64,000 nt of DNA from Eledone cirrhosa. Lineage: Eukaryota. This document shows positions 55,700-64,000 of this stretch, one piece after another. The notes beneath the pieces are model-generated. The model worked only from the letters and a program-made list of their open reading frames with translations, was not told the DNA's origin and searched no databases. The position numbers and the translations under genes were made by a program. Within the stretch, counting starts at the first letter, position 1; each line of letters opens with the position of its first letter. Location: assembly GCA_964016885.1 (NCBI GenBank), contig OZ024752.1:3658001-3722000 (forward strand), in the 5' to 3' direction.

Positions 55700-56449
55700 T
55701 AAATCAGTGACGTGTGCTGAGTCACCACAGAGCAACGAACAAACTTGAAAACTCCGCCAGAAGCACTGGGATTGCTGCAGCAAGTGTATGGAGATGAGAC
55801 GATGTCACGCTCACGTGTTTTTGAGTGGTGCAAAAGGTTTAAAGAAGGACGCGATGACGTGGAAGATGACCCCTGGAGCGGAAGGCCCTCAACAACCAGG
55901 ACTGAGGTCAACGTTGAGCGCGTCAGGCAGATGGTGCGTAGCGATCGTCGGCTGACTGTTCGAATGATGGCAAATGAACTGGGCATGAATCGGGACAGCG
56001 TCTGGAAGATTCTCACTGAAGATTTGGACATGCGGAAAGTCTGCGCGAAGATGGTGTCAAAACTGATAAACGATGACCAGAAGGGTCGACGCATGCAAGT
56101 CTGCCAGGACATCCTCGAGCGTCTTGAAACCGAACCAGACTTGCTAGGGACAGTCATCACCGGTGATGAGTCATGGAACTTCGAGTACGACCCGGAGGCG
56201 ACCCGTTTTGAAGACGTGGACGAGATCTTTTGAAGACGTAGACGACATCAAAAAAGCCGTGACGACGTAACTGCGGAGGATCGCGGAAGAATACTTCCAG
56301 GAGTGCATGCAAGCGTGGCAGAAAAGGATGGAAAAGTGCATTAGACTCCGGGGGGATTATTTTGAAGGAGAAAACTCTTAGTGTGAAGTTTGGGTTTGAA
56401 ATAAATCTTTTGTTACATCAGTCCTGAAACTTTTCTGACACACCTCGTA
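55700..56449 (+). mobile_element. Mariner DNA transposon, internally deleted transposase pseudogene
   Basis: VYGDETMSRSRVFEWCKRFKEGR...GRPST...KVCAKMV...ITGDESW then jumps to the C-terminal QAWQKRMEKCIRLRGDYFEG*. The right TIR ends cacacctcg-TA; the left TIR is missing. Confidence 0.92.
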
Positions 56450-56526
56450 AATATATACTTATATACATATATATACATATATACATATATACATATATAC
56501 ATATACATATATACATATATATATAC

Positions 56527-56604
<78 letters not shown>

Positions 56605-56669
56605 GTATGTACATATATATATACACACACACATATATATATATATTTATATATATATATATATATATA

Positions 56670-56752
<83 letters not shown>

Positions 56753-58667
56753 GGGTACATTTACACATGTATAAGTGTTTCTTTTTTTTCCTTGCAAATT
56801 AACAAAGTTATAAATCTGCACGTTCATGCATCAGCATGCATGTATGCATGCATCAGCATGCATACTGATGCATTTGCATTATTTTGTTATGCACAGGTTT
56901 AACACTTCTTGTTTGATGTATTTCTGACAGATGTGGTGTGAAATGCATTCTTCTGAACTAGGAAACAAACCAGCTTTAGTAGACAACCTCTTAAATAGGC
57001 ATTCTCCTAGCATTTGTGTCACATCAATGACTCATTCGCTTTGGTAAATGTTTAGTTTGCCAGTAAGAAAGTCATTTCAGTTAAGTTGCTGTATTTCTTA
57101 TTGCATAACGAGGGAAAATAGTATTCCTTCCTAAAATTATTTACTTCTTTTTACTACATCACTATTTGTTTGTTCTTTCCTTTCATTTATTTGTTTGTTT
57201 ATTTTTTCATTTGAATTACATCCATGACAAGAGTCAGATCTCTACTTCGTGTTTCACACAATCTTGTCGATGCCATTTCGTTTGTAATTGTCTTTGTTTC
57301 GTTTTTTTTCTTAGCTTGTTTTCTTTTTTTTTTTGCTTTTACATAATATTTGCATTACGCAGATTGGAAGGTAAAAATGAATGAAATATTACATAATGGT
57401 ATACAGAAAAAGAAACGATACAAAGCAAAGTTTCCAACAAATGATGGTTCCTCCGCAGTGAATCGACCTGATAAAAATATTAGCCTAATCTCCTTCATAC
57501 CAATCGCTAAACGTAAGGAATTACCACACATTAGATGATCTAATTTTTAATACTGCTCAAAAGTCAATTTGGTCGAGGTTTACCTATTGTCAATACGATT
57601 GCGAATACAATTGGCCGAAATGGGATTCCTCTGAAGGCTCTTTTGAGTAACAATAAAGTGCGTTTGTGTTAACACATCAAACAGTAGCTCACATAATAAA
57701 CTTTGAAACTTTTACCGCTAACAGCCATCAGACTATGAACTAAATGGTCTAAAATAAAAAAACTTGATAAAGGTGAAACTAGAAATTCTTCTGAATAATA
57801 GGGAAGTGTTAGAGAAACAAGGGGGCTTAATTCTGATCATACTTTGTAAAAAACAATACAGATGTAGCTATAGAGGAATATGTTTCGCTATGGTTTTCTT
57901 TATGTATTGTATATCACATATCGTTCGATATGTATGTGTGTTCTTCTGCACATAAGTATGTTTTCGTGATGCATTTGTGGATATACAATGACGCCTATGC
58001 TTATCTGTAATTGTAGAACTATTACAATATTGTAAATAGGACTACCAGTAACATTTCAAAGCAGTTTTTTCTTGTTTTTCTTTAGCCTATATATAGGCAA
58101 ACTTTGTATCAGGTTACATGTTTTATATATCTACCTTAAAGACACACACAGCCAGCGCTGTCTTTATTCACTCATGATGGGAGAAATTGCGTATTTCAGA
58201 TGAGCTAATGTTTCACACATGCAAAAACATATCCACAAAAATGGAGTTAATATCATTATATCGACAGAAGGAAAGTCCAATATATATATGACATATACCA
58301 TTTATCAAGTCACCATACAATAACATTAATTTCGTTTTTTTTTAAATATATATATATAGTTATATGATGTATAGTATTTTAATAATGCACTGTGTATATT
58401 TTCATATTTTAATTAATTTTCTTAGTGATATGTTTAAATATTGAAATATAACATACCCGACAAAATAGTTTCAAATATGAAGTAAACAAAAACGGAATTA
58501 AAGTAATATATTTTGAAAATTACTCGCCCTATAGAGAATACAGATGAAAGAAAAATTCTTGGCGTTAATTTTTCATACAATGTGGGAAGAACTTATTACT
58601 CGGAAATTCATTCGCAGGAATAAAGTTGATGAATAATGGTGTGTATATATATATATATATAAAATGC

Positions 58668-58768
<101 letters not shown>

Positions 58769-58792
58769 GCATGTATATATATATATAATGCT

Positions 58793-58829
<37 letters not shown>

Positions 58830-58832
<3 letters not shown>

Positions 58833-61438
58833 GCCTGATTTACTGAATGACACTCTTTACCACTCTCACAGCAACCACCACATTTATCATCATCATTATC
58901 ATCACAAAAGCTGCCGCCATCGGCTTCTACCACCTCAACTACTAATAATAATCCACAGCTTTCTTCCCCCCACATCGCCACCTCAATCCTACTGGAGTAT
59001 AAAAAACCTTTAAAATCTATGAAGCAGAAATGTGCCCCCCACGACACAAACAAGAAACCCCAAAATATGCTGCTACTCACTACGTCAGAGGCTATGCACA
59101 CGTTGCGACTGCATCTTAACACATCTACCTGACACCAGACGCACAAACACTACCAGCGAAAGCAAAAGCACGCTCTCCACAATGACATCAACAACAGTGC
59201 AACCACAATTCCAGTAAAAAAATGCTCCCTACACAGGAAAATTCTTATTTAGCCATGTTGAACCTGGCAAATGCAATACAAAAAAACTTTTAACCACCAC
59301 TCAACACCGCCCTATGATATTACCCCCAATGCACCAACCCCTACATTGCTGTCACTCACACGCAATTACAAAAAAAAGCCACCTACAACAGTCAAAAGCA
59401 GCCACTACACTAGCTACTGTGAATCAGTAACCGTGCACAACGATCTGATAGTAGTTGGGCTCTATAGGCCATTCCAAACACCTACAAAGAATGCCTCAAC
59501 AGCATTAAGACATTCTAGTAACATACTTGTTGTGTTGATTGGTCTACAAACAGTTTGAAACCAGGTACTCCCAACTCAACCACTGACAAAGAAGCAGTTG
59601 AGTCACTTCTCGACTTTATGAATGGGTTTTTCTTGTCCCAACTTGTCCTTGCACCAACAAGGTATCAGAAGAATATGTTGGACCTAGTGTTTAGGAACCA
59701 CACTAACACTATACATAATATTACAGTGGAAAAAACCCTTCTTTGTAACTTGAGATTCCACCAACCTAAGGCTAATCCTAGTAACCTCTCTCCAGCCCAC
59801 CCATTTGATAACATGGGTCTCTATAATGCTAACTGGGATGCAATTATGAACGAGCTATCATATGTTGACTGGTCTTTTACGCACACACACATGACCTACA
59901 GCATCAAAACATCTTGGCAATTATTTGTAGACACTGTCACAAATATATGTGCAAAACACATCCCACCAAGACCTGTGAACAAAACGAAGTGCAGTATTCC
60001 CCAGAACAGAAAAACTATAATCAGAAAAATAAAAAGAACAAACAAAAGAATTAACAAACAAAAATACTGCCAACAGCAACACACACATTCGACGGCTATC
60101 GCACTGCTTGAATAAAAGAAATATAACCTTCAACAATGCATGAAGACTATCATCAATAACCAAAGAACAGCTGAGGAGAAATGGGCTATTGAGAAAATCA
60201 AACTCAACCATAATGTGTTCTTTTCATTTGCGGAAAAATGCAATGTCACTGTCTCCACTGTTGGCCCTCTAATTGATGAAAATGTCACACTCCAAAATAA
60301 TGCCAAAACTATGGGTGAGATACTGCTCTGTTTTCAGCAATCCTGATATGGCTGATCTGGGCTGTATCAGTGATGTTAATCCCCAACACACTATATCGGA
60401 CACAACGTTTGGCGCCCCTGATGTCTTAGCGGCAATAAACGAAATTAAACACAATTCAGCAGTCGGTCCCGAAGGTGTGTCGACACCAACTTGCATCTCC
60501 TCTTGCTAATCTATGGAGGAACTCTCTGGATGCTGACTATATTCCTGAAAACATTCTGTCCCAGTCTGTTGTCCTAGTCTGTTGTCCCAGTCAAGTCCCT
60601 TGCAGTGAATTACCGTCCGATCTCACTCACCTCAAGGTATTTGAGAGGGTGGTGAGATCACGAATAGCCCACTTTCTTGAAAGCATCAGATTACTAAACT
60701 CTAACCAACATGATATTTTGAGAGCTTTGGGAGAGGGCTCCAACACTGATGTACTCTAAATTGATTTCAGCAAAGCCTTTGACTGGGTTGATCATGAGAT
60801 TCTATTGAAAACACTATCCAACATTGGTGTTTCTGGAAAGTCACTACATTGGATCAAATGTTTCCTGACAGACAGAACCCAACATGTTGTATTTAAAGGA
60901 GTAAGATCAAGCCCAGCCAAAATCAACAGTGCCGTCCTGCAAGGCATTCTGTTGGAAACATTTCATTTCATCATCTACATTAATGACATTACTGATATCA
61001 TCAAGCACAGCAATATAAGAATTTTCGCAGATAATTCGAAGCTCCTAAGGGTCATCAATGAGGTGGGTGACCGGAGGGGGGTGACCGGTCTTGCCTTCAG
61101 TCAGATCTACTGGTGGTGATCCAATGGGCAGAAAAGAACAATATGCTGCTGGACGAGGATAAATTTGAGTTAATCCACTTTGGAAAAGAGGAACTCTGAA
61201 ACTCCCATACTCTCTTCCTTCAGGTGAAATTCTCGTGGCATCAAACAACATAAGCGAATTTGGAGTAATTGTGGACAACAACATAAGCTGGACCACTTAT
61301 GTAAACAGCAAAGTTGACAGGCCCGCAGAATGTGTTCCTGGATTCTAAGAACCTTCCACTCGTGAGATATCCACACTGTTATCCTTCTCTTCTCCACTTT
61401 GATTACTGCCGTCTTCTGTGGTCTTATGCGGTCTTCTG

Positions 61439-61440
<2 letters not shown>
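58830..61440 (+). mobile_element. Decayed CR1-like LINE (endonuclease and reverse transcriptase)
   Basis: Frameshifted motifs VVGLYRP, LSQLVLAPTR..NMLDLVF (APE endonuclease), AVGPEGV, KVFERVV, DFSKAFD.VDH, VLQGILL, IYINDI and IFADNSKL (RT). Confidence 0.9.
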
Positions 61441-61487
<47 letters not shown>

Positions 61488-61509
61488 ATTTATATATATA
61501 TATATATTC

Positions 61510-61550
<41 letters not shown>

Positions 61551-61570
61551 TTTATATATATATATTCATT

Positions 61571-61650
<80 letters not shown>

Positions 61651-61708
61651 TTTATATATATATATATATTCATTCATATATATATATATATATATATGTA
61701 TATTCATT

Positions 61709-61756
<48 letters not shown>

Positions 61757-61762
<6 letters not shown>

Positions 61763-62537
61763 ACAGGGAGAAAGAGACGATCATTAGGAAGAAAAATATA
61801 TACATATGCTGAATTTGCCGACGACATAGTTTTGGTAACAAATACAGTGAAGGAGGCAGAGGATTTGATGCGGGACGTTGAGACTGTGTCGATGGGTGTG
61901 GAGCTGAGAATGAATGAGACTAAAACAAAATATCTGGTAGAGAATGTTGAGAAACCAGAGGGGATCACTAATGTAAGCGGGAAAACGCTAGAGTTGGTTG
62001 AGGACTTCCTGTATTTGGGAACAAAGATTGGGAATACGGAAGATGATGTGGTTGAGAGGAAGAGCAAAGCCTGGGCGGTGCGCCACAGCTGGAGATCGGT
62101 GTGGAAGTTGGACCATCATAAAGACCTGAAAATCCACCTCTACATTTCTGTAGTGGAGTCTGTGCTGCTGTACGGGTCTGACACTTGGACACTGACCAAG
62201 AAACTCACTCAGATGGTGGATGGGTGCTACACGAGAATGCTGAGGATGGCTCTGAAAATTAATCAGTATACACTGAGGATGAACAACTCAGAGCTGTCAG
62301 AGCTGTAAGGGAGCCTCCCAAACGTTAGCTCAAAAGTGACACAGAGGAGACTGAGCTGAGCTGGACATGCTCACCGACATCCAGAGTTGACATTGCACTC
62401 AGTGCTCCTCTGGGTGTCTCTAAGGACAGAGGAAGACCAAGGTTAATGTATGTAACGCAGGATATGGCAGCGATAATGAGGGACAGAGACCGCTGGAGAG
62501 ACTCGTCCATGGATCTCGCGAATTATACCCGCCCTAG
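61757..62537 (+). mobile_element. RTE-clade LINE 3' portion (RT C-terminal half)
   Basis: EFADDIVL...RMNETKTKY...DFLYLG...[16 protein letters not shown]. Flanked by TA-rich sequence. Confidence 0.9.
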
Positions 62538-62612
62538 AATATATATTCATTTATACTGCCAATACATGAATTGAATAACCAAAACCGTAGCGGAATGTCA
62601 CGTATCAAATCT

Positions 62613-62672
62613 TATATTTTGTCTGATGAAAACGTACTTAAACATACATTGAAATATGTATAATAAAATATA
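62613..62672 (+). ncRNA. Type I hammerhead, intact core
   Basis: tatattttgt-CTGATGA-a[aacgta cttaaaca tacatt]-GAAA-TATGTA-TA-ataaaatata, with a 10-bp stem I. Confidence 0.75.
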
Positions 62673-62817
62673 TATTCTGATTATGAGAATATTTTTCATT
62701 TATTAACAATTGCAATAATATTAAATATTCCAGGAAAATCTCTTGTCCAGTGCTTCTAATGTATTCTAAAATTGCATTTGTTGATTAATCAACGAACCGT
62801 ATTAATCGTTGGTTATA

Positions 62818-62859
<42 letters not shown>

Positions 62860-62879
62860 TATAACCAACGATTAATACG

Positions 62880-62942
<63 letters not shown>

Positions 62943-62945
62943 GAA

Positions 62946-62996
<51 letters not shown>

Positions 62997-62999
62997 GAA

Positions 63000-63046
<47 letters not shown>

Positions 63047-63049
63047 GAA

Positions 63050-63100
<51 letters not shown>

Positions 63101-63117
63101 GAATATATGTATATATA

Positions 63118-63163
<46 letters not shown>

Positions 63164-63201
63164 ATATTAATAAATGAAAACTATATTTATAAAAGCATAT
63201 T

Positions 63202-63267
63202 TATTTTATTGTATATATTTCAATTGCAACCAAGGCAATTTATGGTGCGCTTTCATCAGATAAAATA
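63202..63267 (-). ncRNA. Hammerhead of the 16526 family with a mutated cleavage triplet
   Basis: Minus strand tattttat-CTGATGA-[aagcgcacca...tggttgcaatt]-GAAA-TATATA-CA-ataaaata (U16.1>C). The flank matches 16268-16320. Confidence 0.65.
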
Positions 63268-63394
63268 CAGATTTGTTTTATAAATAAATAGTGACATACC
63301 CGGAAAAAAAGACAACCTTAACGGTTGGAGCTTCCTGGATAGGATATTAAAGATTGTTAAGCTTGTTGAATCCCAACAAATTAAATATAACCTC

Positions 63395-63443
<49 letters not shown>

Positions 63444-63466
63444 GAATATATATATATATATATAAA

Positions 63467-63638
<172 letters not shown>

Positions 63639-63654
63639 TATATATATAAAGATG

Positions 63655-63953
63655 GCTGGGAGTAGTGGCGTGCTCCTGTAATCTAGCTACTATGAAGCTT
63701 GGTTGGTCGGCCGGTTTGAGAATGGGGGTACTGGTAGTCGATCTTCTATGGCGATCGGGTGTCCGCGCTAACCTTGGCATCAATATGGTGCTGGAGAGGG
63801 AGCTCACTAGAACCAGGTTGACTAAGGAGGGTTGCTTCGGCCCAGGGCGGAAACGCAGCAGGCAAAAGACCCCGTGTTGAGCAGTAGTGAGATCGCGCCT
63901 GTGAATAGTTGTCGATTAGCAGCCTGTTTGATATAATTGAACACCAATCTCTT
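63655..63953 (+). ncRNA. 7SL (SRP) RNA, full-length ~299-nt copy, probably a retrocopy
   Basis: Collinear with metazoan 7SL: Alu-domain start gctgggagtagtggcg..cctgtaatc.agctact, gatcgggtgtccgc.ctaa, ggcatcaatatggtg, helix 8 ggcccagggcggaaacgcagcagg, cagtagtg.gatcgcgcctgtgaatag, end tctctt. Confidence 0.93.
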
Positions 63954-64000
63954 ATATATAGATGAATATATATATATATAAATGAATATGTATATATATA

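Noticed and set aside
57363-57370. Possible 8-nt microexon (polypyrimidine tract, cag|ATTGGAAG|gtaaaa)
   Set aside because: Weak donor, not frame-preserving, and no neighbouring exons identified.

Overview
AT-rich animal genomic DNA, most likely an octopus or other coleoid cephalopod (inferred from the dense (TA)n/(CA)n microsatellites and the tRNA-derived MetaSINE-type SINE family). I found no confidently identifiable host protein-coding gene; almost all ORF-track entries are translations of microsatellites. The window is a mosaic of simple repeats, about 12 SINE copies (four with clean target-site duplications), decayed CR1, RTE and L1/Tx1 LINEs, a deleted mariner, Helitron fragments, a 49-bp minisatellite with ~500-bp higher-order structure, and a full-length 7SL (SRP) RNA copy. 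The unexplained signal is a high density of self-cleaving ribozyme motifs. More than a dozen intact, variant or decayed minimal type I hammerhead ribozymes (CUGANGA...GAAA-short, usually palindromic stem III-UH) sit in short, mostly (TA)n-flanked Penelope-like pLTR or retrozyme modules. These include a non-coding three-copy ~500-bp tandem array with one hammerhead per unit (28924-30436, retrozyme-like, predicted 484-nt monomer or circular RNA) and long head-to-head palindromes with a hammerhead in each arm. A separate ~600-bp internally deleted RTE element begins with an HDV-like ribozyme fold (35410-35486). All folds were read by eye and none has been tested.
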